From NCBI GenBank assembly GCA_031370005.1, contig JANMPT010000025.1:1-64000 (forward strand): DNA of 64,000 nt, in the 5' to 3' direction. The notes beneath the pieces were generated by a model. The model worked only from the letters and a program-made list of their open reading frames with translations. It was not told the origin of the DNA and did not search any database. Within the stretch, counting starts at the first letter, position 1. Each line of letters starts with the position of its first letter. Made by a program: the position numbers and the translations under genes. Source of the DNA: Bdellovibrionales bacterium. GTDB lineage: Bacteria; Bdellovibrionota; Bdellovibrionia; Bdellovibrionales; Bdellovibrionaceae. Of the stretch, positions 50,300 to 60,589 are shown piece after piece.

Positions 50300-51409
50300 T
50301 TAAAAGGGCGCATCCTTAAAGCTGTTCTTTGGATTGTACCAGTCTTTTCTGGGCAGACTTGCATACATTTTCATTTCGTCATCAATAAAGTTCTTCTGAA
50401 TTTGATGCATTATGACCCAGGTCAGAGACCCATTTTTTGTCTTATAGTCTCTATAGTGACTATCTTTGTTAAACCTATAGATGACTTCTTTTGCCTCCCA
50501 CTTGTAAGATTCCCAAGTGGTTATGACTCTCTTGTCTGGGTTGTTCATGGACCAAAGCTGAAAATCTTCAGTACCAAAAAAATGGAAAAAATAATTTTCG
50601 ATAAAATCGGTATCAATATTATGAGCGGCAAAATCTGATGTGTATGTCAGCATTCTGAAGTAAACGGATTGCCACTTAAGCGAAAAGTTAATCCACCACA
50701 AGAAATCCGCATTGGAAGAAACTGGGCATGGTGCCGCTGAGTAAAGGCGTTCAAACAAATCCATATACCAGGAGACAGCGGTCGGATCATGTAATTTTCT
50801 TCCGAACATTTTACTCATCTTCTGGCGATTGTATTTTGTCTTAGCGGCGTTTTCTCCGAATAGATCCATAAAATCCTTGAAAAGCGCCGAACCAAAAATT
50901 TGATCGTTATATTCCCCTCCGACAAAGAGGGCTTTTTTTGATAGAATATATGGATAGATCGCGGCGGCCTCCAGCTTTACTTTACCGCGAAGATGATCCC
51001 TATAAAAATTAGGATTTTCTGCAATCGACTCTTGTGACAACAAAACGCAGATGCGCTCTTTCTGTGCAGCACTGGCGTTTTTAAGCAAGGAAACCAATAC
51101 CAGGGTTGAATCAATGCCCCCAGAGTAAAATGTATAAATGGGCAGACCCTGCTTATCAGAGCGCTTTAGCAATTCAACCGCCCGCTCATCACAAATTTGC
51201 TCATAAGTCTTATCCAGTTTTCTGAATTCAGGTAGGGGCGAGTGAATTTTAACGTTCACAGGGACTTGGATTGTGTTTGTCCTGTCAATCAGTACAACAT
51301 TGTCATTGAAAAGCAGAAAGGTCTGATGAAAAGCACGAATTCCGGGCAGCTCTTGCAGCCTTTTTGCGGTGATGACCATGGGGTTGTACATGTAAATATT
51401 TTTAGACAT
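50300..51409 (-). CDS. PP-loop ATPase, asparagine-synthetase-like, no glutaminase domain (paralog 1)
   Basis: YSGGIDST; VGGEYNDQIFGS. Confidence 0.78.
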   Translation of the reverse strand: MSKNIYMYNPMVITAKRLQELPGIRAFHQTFLLFNDNVVLIDRTNTIQVPVNVKIHSPLPEFRKLDKTYEQICDERAVELLKRSDKQGLPIYTFYSGGIDSTLVLVSLLKNASAAQKERICVLLSQESIAENPNFYRDHLRGKVKLEAAAIYPYILSKKALFVGGEYNDQIFGSALFKDFMDLFGENAAKTKYNRQKMSKMFGRKLHDPTAVSWYMDLFERLYSAAPCPVSSNADFLWWINFSLKWQSVYFRMLTYTSDFAAHNIDTDFIENYFFHFFGTEDFQLWSMNNPDKRVITTWESYKWEAKEVIYRFNKDSHYRDYKTKNGSLTWVIMHQIQKNFIDDEMKMYASLPRKDWYNPKNSFKDAPF

Positions 51410-52100
51410 GCGAATTTAAGTAATACTCCCGGATAAAGTCCTGAAAAATTTTATTATTTTCCTCAATAGTCGCTGCATTTGAAATCAAGTCGAAGTACTT
51501 CAATTTAATTTCCTCTGTTTGCCATAGCGCCGCCTCAAATAGTCCAAAGTGAAAAATAATCTCATCAGCGGCCTCTCTTGAACTTATTTTTTTAACTTGG
51601 GCGTATTGAAACACGAACAAGTAGTCTTTAACCTGCTCTTCGTTATAGCCCGACTTTCGAAACGCCAGAGCCTGCTCCCTGCGCATGTAATCTACGAGCT
51701 CGCCGTATTTTTCTGAATGTGCGACCCGCATTCTTGATTGTGTTATCACGCGGGAAACTCGCTGGAGGTTCTTTACCCGAGCCGTCAAAAGCAAACTGTT
51801 TTTTAGTTGCTGCTCAGTTGGGGGCCGGCTCTTCGTTATTTTTACTACGGCTCCAGATTGTCGATGATAAAGGAAGCTCAACAGCTCCTCAGGCGGTAAC
51901 GTCAGCAAGTCTGCGGTGCGAACCTTGGAGTGAAGTATGGGCTTGCCGCCAGGGATGAGGTTAAACCCCATCTCCATTTGCGAAGACATTAAGGCCAATG
52001 CAGCGCTAGTAAATGGAGTGACGCAGAGTATGCGTTTTGACTTGAGATGCCACAAAATACAAACGTTTCTTCTTGGTAAGGGCTCATCAATTTCAATCAT
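51402..52100 (-). CDS. Hypothetical protein (putative partner of PP-loop enzyme)
   Basis: Overlaps the downstream PP-loop gene; helical C-terminus EQALAF..GY...QYA...AADEII. Confidence 0.65.
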   Translation of the reverse strand: MIEIDEPLPRRNVCILWHLKSKRILCVTPFTSAALALMSSQMEMGFNLIPGGKPILHSKVRTADLLTLPPEELLSFLYHRQSGAVVKITKSRPPTEQQLKNSLLLTARVKNLQRVSRVITQSRMRVAHSEKYGELVDYMRREQALAFRKSGYNEEQVKDYLFVFQYAQVKKISSREAADEIIFHFGLFEAALWQTEEIKLKYFDLISNAATIEENNKIFQDFIREYYLNSHV

Positions 52101-52146
52101 ATGACAGTCAGTGTCTCAAGATTAATTTTGATGAGCAATTGAAAAA

Positions 52147-53610
52147 CTACTTCCGAGCTAAAATGGTCGTGAAGTGATAATAGGCATTGATAATGTTCAC
52201 ATCACAAAATCCGATGTTTTCGAGTTCACTCATGTACCAGCTTAGCGGATAGGGGTCGAGAACTCCCCTTATGGCCTCAGCTTTATCTTTTATTTGTTGC
52301 TCACTGATGCCATTTTTTCGTTTAAAATCATGATACAGATCTAGGATAAATGGATTCCCCTGCATCTTATCCGATATAATCAGAAAGCCACCAGGCGCTA
52401 ATCCGTCATAGATATCTTGAAGGTATTCTTTGCGCGCCTTCACGAAGTGCAGGGTCCAATTTGCGCAGACCAGGTGAAAGGGCGGCTGGCCCTGGGGAAA
52501 TGTGTCCGACAAAATAACATGATCTTGGTGCATGGAGTTCTTAACCATCGACTCAGATTTTTCAACGCCCCAGGTGTCTAGAAAACCGGCCTTGATAAAC
52601 TCATCCATGGTTCGACCAATTGCTGAGCCAATGTCTAGAACTCGACAATTCTTTTTAGGATAAGCCTTACTTGCAATTTCAACGCACATACCAATAACCT
52701 CTTTGTATCGAGGAATTGACGTTAGCGCGATTTTTTCGAAATCTTTTGAGACCTTTTCGTCGAACGTCCATGAGCCGGTCCGCATTTTTTTTCCGGGCGT
52801 GTATTGAACAAAATCTTCTCTTGGAAGCGTGAATTTTCCACTTTTTAGTTCAGCGGCCAAGTCTTCAACCTTCGCCCCACTTTTTTTAAATCGCATCATA
52901 AATCGAACGGGCATCTGCCATCCTGGCATGATTTCATTAAAGGCATCATGGCGTCCCTTGATACGCGCCGGACTTATAATGCCTTCAGGGCAGGTGAAGC
53001 CGAAGTGCGCCATCACCATTTTTAGACCGCCAGGGCTGATGCGGCTGCCGATGCCTCGAGCCCTCTCTTGTCCGTTCGGCAAGGTGATGCTTTGTTTGGG
53101 TGAGAACTCAACGTAAGGGACCTCGACATTAATAGGCTTCTGCGGCAGAATTGACTCTATAAGAACCCATTCTTTCGCCGCATAACTCATCTTTTCAAGA
53201 ATGGAAAAGTAATCCAAAAATACAAACAAAACTCCGGCCATGAGAACGATGTCATACTCGTCCTCTTTAACTTTCTCAAGAAAGTCGGAGATCTCGGATT
53301 TTACTAAACGAAACTGGTCTTTTGACCAGTGTTTGCTAAGAAGAGCTTTAGATTGTTTAAGATATTCGGATTGGATTTCAACTCCGGTATATTTTTTAGC
53401 GCCATAGGACAGACACCAGTGCCCTGTCGCCCCAAGACAAGAGCCTAAATCTAAAACTTTTTTACCCTTAATGATCCACTCGGGCAACAAAGCCCCATGT
53501 TTTGCCTCGAGGGTTTCTTTTGTAACAGGCACCACAGGCCTGTGATTTCTATTATCATTTAAAAAAAAACCGGGCTCAATTTCAAATGGAGACTTTTTTT
53601 TTGCAGCCAC
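52147..53610 (-). CDS. Didomain SAM-dependent enzyme: N-terminal CmoB/DUF1698-like transferase plus C-terminal CmoA-like carboxy-SAM synthase domain
   Basis: Two motif-I sites (VLDLGSCLG; VLDIGSAIG); C-domain WTFDE, SIPRY, NWTLHF, IYDGLAPGG.LIISDK, HDFKRKNG.SE..I..K. Confidence 0.8.
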   Translation of the reverse strand: MAAKKKSPFEIEPGFFLNDNRNHRPVVPVTKETLEAKHGALLPEWIIKGKKVLDLGSCLGATGHWCLSYGAKKYTGVEIQSEYLKQSKALLSKHWSKDQFRLVKSEISDFLEKVKEDEYDIVLMAGVLFVFLDYFSILEKMSYAAKEWVLIESILPQKPINVEVPYVEFSPKQSITLPNGQERARGIGSRISPGGLKMVMAHFGFTCPEGIISPARIKGRHDAFNEIMPGWQMPVRFMMRFKKSGAKVEDLAAELKSGKFTLPREDFVQYTPGKKMRTGSWTFDEKVSKDFEKIALTSIPRYKEVIGMCVEIASKAYPKKNCRVLDIGSAIGRTMDEFIKAGFLDTWGVEKSESMVKNSMHQDHVILSDTFPQGQPPFHLVCANWTLHFVKARKEYLQDIYDGLAPGGFLIISDKMQGNPFILDLYHDFKRKNGISEQQIKDKAEAIRGVLDPYPLSWYMSELENIGFCDVNIINAYYHFTTILARK

Positions 53611-53615
53611 GAGTT

Positions 53616-53912
53616 CTACCCCTGATTCGACGTAATGTTTTTGATTTTTGGCCTAGCCTCACTCAAAATGCACCGAAAAATTTTCTGCATAGAGTCCTCG
53701 GAAAGAGGGCCCTGACATATTGACCGAACTTTTGAAAAAATAGCGTTTTCTCTAGTAGGATCAATCAAAGGGAGTTGATTGTGTTGCTTTAAGAGCCAGA
53801 CTTCTTCTACAAGTGCCGCGCGTTTATTCAGCGCAATAGCAATTTGCGCATCGAGCTGGTCAATTTCATTTCGAAGTTTTTTTAAATCTAGCGCTGTATT
53901 CCAGTTTCCCAT
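53616..53912 (-). CDS. Chorismate mutase (AroQ type II)
   Basis: L.KLR.EID.LD.QI...LNKR...V..LK....D.TRE..I; ATG at 53912 with RBS. Confidence 0.88.
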   Translation of the reverse strand: MGNWNTALDLKKLRNEIDQLDAQIAIALNKRAALVEEVWLLKQHNQLPLIDPTRENAIFSKVRSICQGPLSEDSMQKIFRCILSEARPKIKNITSNQG

Positions 53913-53987
53913 TCTCTTCCTAAGGTTAGGCTTAAATATTACAAGTTTTACAGCAAAACACCAAGCCAAATTCAGTTGGGACCTAGA

Positions 53988-55364
53988 CTATCCAAACAGG
54001 TGCTGGAGTTGCATGAGCCAGCTATGCCAGTTGGTACTTAAAATAATCGCAAGGATAATAGTCGATATTTGTAATACGTAGGTAGTAATAACAGAGGCCC
54101 ATGGCGTCCAAATCGAACGGTTATTTGACCATTGGAAAAACCAATACCTTTGAGTTATATACAACAATAGAAAATGAAGAAAAAATAAAATGACAGAATA
54201 GCGCAAGTCTGGATTTCTATAAATTCCACCATGAATGTCAGACCCGGCCCAATTTAAAATCATAATGCCGACGTCGAAGACGCCATTTTTCATGATATAA
54301 AAAAAGAAAAAGCAGACGAAAGTTACAATGAATCGACTTCGGATTAATCGCCAAAGTCTTAGAAACAGATATCTATTGATAAACTCATAATGATAAACGC
54401 TGCCACGCCGCCAGTATTCAGCAGGAGTTCTCGCTAGCCATGAAAAACTAGTTGCATCCCGTACGCGATACCCAAACAGCCTGGCAACACCGGTAATGAC
54501 ATTGAAAGCGCCGACATCAGATAAGATGAGCAGTACATACTTAACCGTGGACTTTACCAAAATATTTCCTGAACGATCCAGGCCCGCCTTATCCAATTGC
54601 ACTTTTAGATATATGATCAGATAGCCAAGGACAACGCCCCAAAAGCCTTTCCACCAAAACTGCGCTATCGCTGGGCGGTTTTTGCGCGCAAGTACCGTGA
54701 CCACGGGCCAGAGCACGCCATGGGTCGCCGTTGCTGGGTTATAAGCTAAAAAAGGATCCACAGGGCGCGGTGAGTAAGCATAGGCCAGCTGAATTGCGAC
54801 GAGCACCATATACTGGAGTTTAAATTTCCAGAAAAGCAGTAACATAGAAAACTCTTCTAAAGCATAGAGCCTGCCGCTGATATAGAGCCACGAAAACGTG
54901 AAATAACCGAGCAAAACAAGGACCCACGTTGCTCTCGTTTGTTGTTTCCGACGGGCGGTCCCAATATAATAGGTGAAAATGCTGTTCAAAGGCAGGAGGA
55001 GGGTAATCAGAACAAAAACATCAATGGGGACTTTGCCTAAGAAAAATATATAACAGTTTAAGCCCCAGGAAAGCATAGTTACGAGAGCACTATACCAGCC
55101 TCTAGCCGTGCCCTTGAAAAAAATCGAGATTCCGGCGCAAGCAAATAATAAGGGCATCACAAACCGGCTTTGTCTCACAAAGGGAAACATTCCAAACGGC
55201 TGTAAATGGGTGTTCATTTCCAAAATCGATTTAATCCAAAGAGCCATGAGAACTAATATGATTGCGGCGAAGGGAGTTGCCCACTTTAGACGGGCGCCAC
55301 AATATTCAGATAGTCGAACTTCAAAGCGTCGGAGATAAATTTCAAGCTGAGCCGGTGAAATCAT
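53988..55364 (-). CDS. MBOAT family (DltB/AlgI-like) membrane protein, divergent
   Basis: Multi-TM; ARLFGY, WLARTPAEYWRR...RYLF. Confidence 0.72.
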   Translation of the reverse strand: MISPAQLEIYLRRFEVRLSEYCGARLKWATPFAAIILVLMALWIKSILEMNTHLQPFGMFPFVRQSRFVMPLLFACAGISIFFKGTARGWYSALVTMLSWGLNCYIFFLGKVPIDVFVLITLLLPLNSIFTYYIGTARRKQQTRATWVLVLLGYFTFSWLYISGRLYALEEFSMLLLFWKFKLQYMVLVAIQLAYAYSPRPVDPFLAYNPATATHGVLWPVVTVLARKNRPAIAQFWWKGFWGVVLGYLIIYLKVQLDKAGLDRSGNILVKSTVKYVLLILSDVGAFNVITGVARLFGYRVRDATSFSWLARTPAEYWRRGSVYHYEFINRYLFLRLWRLIRSRFIVTFVCFFFFYIMKNGVFDVGIMILNWAGSDIHGGIYRNPDLRYSVILFFLHFLLLYITQRYWFFQWSNNRSIWTPWASVITTYVLQISTIILAIILSTNWHSWLMQLQHLFG

Positions 55365-55486
55365 TTTTATCTACTCCGCCCTACTGCGAGGAGCGTCAGT
55401 TTGCTTGCATAGGATATCTTTGTTCATTTTAGTTTAGATCACAACAATAGAAGAAATACCCAGCCCCAACAAAGGTCCAAAAGCAT

Positions 55487-55520
55487 AAAAAAACCCGAGA
55501 CTTTAAGGTCCCGGGTTTTT
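55487..55520 (-). terminator. Intrinsic terminator after groEL
   Basis: AAAAAAACCCGAGAC-tttaag-GTCCCGGGTTTTT hairpin with poly-T both ways. Confidence 0.88.
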
Positions 55521-55553
55521 GAAAGTTACTCCAGCTATAAGCAGGGAGGGATA

Positions 55554-57212
<1,659 letters not shown>

Positions 57213-57248
57213 TTAAAATAGATTTCTTTAGAAATAAAAAAATAAAAA

Positions 57249-57548
57249 CTAGTGAAAGACACCAAGGACATCTTCCTCTTTCATCATCAAATATTCCTGC
57301 CCGTCGAGTTTTAACTCAGTGCCTGCATATTTGCTGAACAAAACTTTATCGCCGGACTTCACTTCTAGCGGAAGAACTTTTCCATCTTCAGTGACGCGAC
57401 CTTTGCCAGTAGCAACGATTTCACCTTTTTGAGGTTTTTCTTTTGCAGTGTCAGGAATGAAAAGACCACCTGCGGTTTTTTCCTCCTCAGCCATGCGACG
57501 AACTAAAATACGATCATGAAGTGGGCGAACGCCAATTTCTTTAGCCAT
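57249..57548 (-). CDS. groS: Co-chaperonin GroES
   Basis: [24 protein letters not shown]. Confidence 0.99.
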   Translation of the reverse strand: MAKEIGVRPLHDRILVRRMAEEEKTAGGLFIPDTAKEKPQKGEIVATGKGRVTEDGKVLPLEVKSGDKVLFSKYAGTELKLDGQEYLMMKEEDVLGVFH

Positions 57549-57589
57549 GTAAATTACCTCCGAAATAATTAGTTGATTAGATCGGGACT

Positions 57590-57618
57590 AATATGGATCG
57601 CTCAGAGAATAAGTCAAG
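57590..57618 (-). promoter_or_regulatory. Putative groESL promoter (sigma-32 or sigma-70-like)
   Basis: CTTGAC-N15-TCCATATT on minus strand. Confidence 0.45.
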
Positions 57619-57674
57619 GTCCATAGGCTAATAAATGTCATGGCACAATGCGGAAATTGAGGGGTTTCAAGGAC

Positions 57675-58256
57675 TTATTTAAACCTGTCAGAGCTTAAAG
57701 CATTGGCGCTGGGGGCTAACTCTGGAGAGTGTGCTCCAAAAACGCTATTCGCGTAGGCAGCCATAAGTTCTGCAATTTCCTCTGCAGTTAACTTACCTGC
57801 GATCTCATTGAAGGCGGATTTTTTGTCTTGTAACTTTGTCAAATAACCCACGAAATAATCCGTAACAGACAGATCTTTGGCCATTTCAAGTGTGGACTGA
57901 TCCTGTTGTAGTTGGCTCTCAAGCGCCTCTGTATTTGCTCCTGAGCCGGCCTCAAGGGCATCTTTAGCTTTACGATGATGTAGATTTGGATCTTTCGAGC
58001 GGACGATTTGAATTTTTGTTTTGGTTTCAATCACCTTAATCAAGGCGTCTTGAACTTTCTCGCTTTTCCATTCGCGATAGCTTTTTGCCTTGAGAGACTC
58101 AAGAACAGTGGAGGGGGCCCCCAACGGAGCTGTAGTTCTTAAGGACTCATGGGTGAGGGCTGCGGCCCTGGATCTGGCGCCAGAGAAGGCTATGGTAAAT
58201 AGTATAAAAGCCAGTAAGGGCAGTTGATTTTTTAGGTGCATGAACGGCCTCCGCAA
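57675..58256 (-). CDS. Secreted hypothetical protein
   Basis: Signal peptide, helical body. Confidence 0.65.
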   Translation of the reverse strand: MRRPFMHLKNQLPLLAFILFTIAFSGARSRAAALTHESLRTTAPLGAPSTVLESLKAKSYREWKSEKVQDALIKVIETKTKIQIVRSKDPNLHHRKAKDALEAGSGANTEALESQLQQDQSTLEMAKDLSVTDYFVGYLTKLQDKKSAFNEIAGKLTAEEIAELMAAYANSVFGAHSPELAPSANALSSDRFK

Positions 58257-58408
58257 AATACGTACAAGTAGTCGTCAGAACACCTTCAATGTTTATGCCC
58301 TCGTTGAATCGCCTTAGATCAGCTATAGATGACTTGAGCTAAGCTATCGAGCAATTATGGTCGCTGAGAGACTAAAAATGGTTCTGGCTTGGGTTCTTTA
58401 TGAGTGCG

Positions 58409-58954
58409 CTACTGACATAAAGGAACAAGAAAGTCGCCGACTACGCGAGTGCTTCCGACTTTAGGGTTTTGAAAGTAACCAGCAATGTATCCGCCAACAA
58501 AGTGCTTATCGATGCTAGTAAAAGTGATCTCACCCTGGTCGGCCTTCATATTGTCCCGGGGCTGAGGCCTCAAGTTGAGGTCAGAGAAGAAGATTGAAAG
58601 AAGGGAGTTAAAAGGATCGTCCGGCGAAATATTCCAAGTTGCCAGCCCTTTCGGAGCTGTTAGGCGAACTTGCAAAGTTGAACCTTTTTTTTCTTTACAA
58701 GGTGCCACATTGTCCTCGTTCCAGAGCTGAACTATGAGATAGTTTGTTTGATATTTTTTGAAGTAGGCTCGGCCACTCCGAAAAACCCAGCCTTGCCCAT
58801 TGATTCGGCCTTGGGCCGGCTCCCCAGCCCCCGCCTTGCGCTGATCAGATGTGGGGGAACTCGCCGAATCCCCGGAGCTCCCAGTGGGGGAGCACGCTGC
58901 GAGAACAGAAATAACAAATAAGAATAATAGAAAAACATCAAGAGGCAATCGCAT
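58409..58954 (-). CDS. Lipoprotein, unknown function
   Basis: LAAC lipobox. Confidence 0.7.
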   Translation of the reverse strand: MRLPLDVFLLFLFVISVLAACSPTGSSGDSASSPTSDQRKAGAGEPAQGRINGQGWVFRSGRAYFKKYQTNYLIVQLWNEDNVAPCKEKKGSTLQVRLTAPKGLATWNISPDDPFNSLLSIFFSDLNLRPQPRDNMKADQGEITFTSIDKHFVGGYIAGYFQNPKVGSTRVVGDFLVPLCQ

Positions 58955-59024
58955 GTGATTAGAAGCTAGCTAATTTTGAGTAATAACTCAAGTTCACTTA
59001 TAAAAATATAGACATATAGCCTAG

Positions 59025-59384
59025 TTAGTCTTGAGTTTTTGGTGTGCAGGCGGAGTGCTGGAAGTAGTTGAAAAAGGTGTTGGACATCGGCACCATAATT
59101 ACAAACTCATCTTGAACACTCATTCCTATATTTGCTCCTTGGTCACAAACATAGGCGCCGCCCAGTGAGGAGTATTCGGCATACTCATCATAGGAGAATT
59201 TTAGCTGGAACGAACCCATGCTTGGAAACTGCGCTTGGACATAAGGAGGGGCTGACTTGAACTGCTGATTGATTTTGATGATCTCTGTCTTCGGCAGGTC
59301 GGTCATTCTTTGAGGCCAGCCCTCAGCAGACGCAAAGCCAGCAAATCCTAGTGATATGAAAAGTAGCATCATCATAAACTTCAT
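59025..59384 (-). CDS. Small secreted protein
   Basis: GGAGG RBS; MKFMM...ASA signal; Cys pair. Confidence 0.65.
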   Translation of the reverse strand: MKFMMMLLFISLGFAGFASAEGWPQRMTDLPKTEIIKINQQFKSAPPYVQAQFPSMGSFQLKFSYDEYAEYSSLGGAYVCDQGANIGMSVQDEFVIMVPMSNTFFNYFQHSACTPKTQD

Positions 59385-59503
59385 AGAAACCTCCATAAGA
59401 ATGTAATTCTTTTTTTTGGAGGTTCTATCACGTTGCAAGATGAATAAACAGGTAGTTTTGTGAGGATTATGTTAAAATTGGGTTGGAATCATATTAGCAA
59501 TGC

Positions 59504-60514
59504 TTGGAAATGATTATGATAAATACGAAATTAGAAAATTACTCCGTTTTAAAAATGTTAGTCTTAGAAGAGGCCCTCGGCAAGCATTCAACTGTTGAGA
59601 TGAGTCGCAGTCTGGGATTTAAATTTGATAAATACAAGCGCTGGATGAAGAATGAAAAAATATTAAAATGGGACGAGTTTAATATTTTATGTGACAGGGC
59701 CGGGCTTAACTTAACCAATGCGCTAGAAGTTATTAGATTTCCATACAGTCAGTATTTGTCGGTGAATAGTTTTTTTGCGTACCTAAAAGAATTTAATGCA
59801 TTTAAGACAAATCAGGAAGCTTCTGATTATTTAAAATGCCATGTCTCTGTGGTAAAGCGATACAACAACGGGAATACCTTTCCCGATGTCGAGACCGTTT
59901 TTAAAATGATTGATTTCAAAACTAATATATTATCTTTATTTTTGAATCGCTTGTTTTCTCAAAAAATTAACAACACCTTATTAAGGAAGTGGATCGAAGA
60001 TGGTTCGAAACAGGCACGTTTCGAGACTCAGCTTCCGTTAAGCTCAATAATAGAGGCGGCCTTAAATTTAGAGGCCTATAAGCAGAAAACGGAGGCAACG
60101 GATGTGTGGTTGGCCCAACTCTTGGGCTTTTCACGAGAGGACATTCGTGCTGTTTTAAAGCGCATGGTGGACTCACAAATTATTACCTGCGAAAAGGATG
60201 ATGTTTATTTAGTAAATAACTATACTACAAATCTAGACGGCGTGAGCAGTCAGGAGATTATACCCTTTATCCAGATTTTGAATCTCAAATTAGTGGAGAA
60301 TTTAGAAAGAAGAAAGGATGCGAACTATCAACCGGACGCACGTCCAGGTGCGGTTGTGTATAGAGTTTTTCCTGCAAGCTTAGAGTCGATGGATAAAATT
60401 AATTCGCTTTTGAGCAAAGTCAGCGTAGATATCCTAAAAATCTTAGAGGAAGACTCGCACCCTAAAATAGAGGCGAGGGCAGTATTGCTTCAGCATTTTA
60501 GCCTGACAAAATAG
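59504..60514 (+). CDS. Tandem-HTH DUF4423/TIGR02147-like regulator
   Basis: Two XRE-like HTH units, winged helix (WLAQLLG), C-terminal LQHF.LT. Confidence 0.65.
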   Translation: MEMIMINTKLENYSVLKMLVLEEALGKHSTVEMSRSLGFKFDKYKRWMKNEKILKWDEFNILCDRAGLNLTNALEVIRFPYSQYLSVNSFFAYLKEFNAFKTNQEASDYLKCHVSVVKRYNNGNTFPDVETVFKMIDFKTNILSLFLNRLFSQKINNTLLRKWIEDGSKQARFETQLPLSSIIEAALNLEAYKQKTEATDVWLAQLLGFSREDIRAVLKRMVDSQIITCEKDDVYLVNNYTTNLDGVSSQEIIPFIQILNLKLVENLERRKDANYQPDARPGAVVYRVFPASLESMDKINSLLSKVSVDILKILEEDSHPKIEARAVLLQHFSLTK

Positions 60515-60540
60515 ACCCTTTGGGTTCTATTTTGTCAGGC
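60501..60540. terminator. Strong hairpin overlapping the stop codon
   Basis: GCCTGACAAAATAGA-CCC-ttt-GGG-t-TCTATTTTGTCAGGC (15-bp perfect outer stem). Confidence 0.6.
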
Positions 60541-60589
60541 AACTGGTTGAAACTCTAGATTAGACATGCAATCTCCGAGAAGAGTTTGC

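Noticed and set aside
49249..51409. Lasso peptide cluster or QueC (7-deazaguanine) pathway
   Set aside because: No precursor peptide, B1/B2 proteins or transporter seen; no QueC zinc-binding Cys motif and no queD/queE/folE
52147..53610. Assigning housekeeping cmoA/cmoB gene symbols
   Set aside because: Fused, divergent, apparent Arg199 substitution and accessory context; a tRNA role cannot be assumed
55372..55428. 18-codon ORF upstream of MBOAT as DltX-like or precursor peptide
   Set aside because: Hydrophilic, no RBS, no TM helix
37237..55553. Prophage or ICE with att sites
   Set aside because: No integrase, phage structural or conjugation genes, and no matching direct repeat found at both ends
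57549..57674. CIRCE element upstream of groES
   Set aside because: No TTAGCACTC-N9-GAGTGCTAA sequence present
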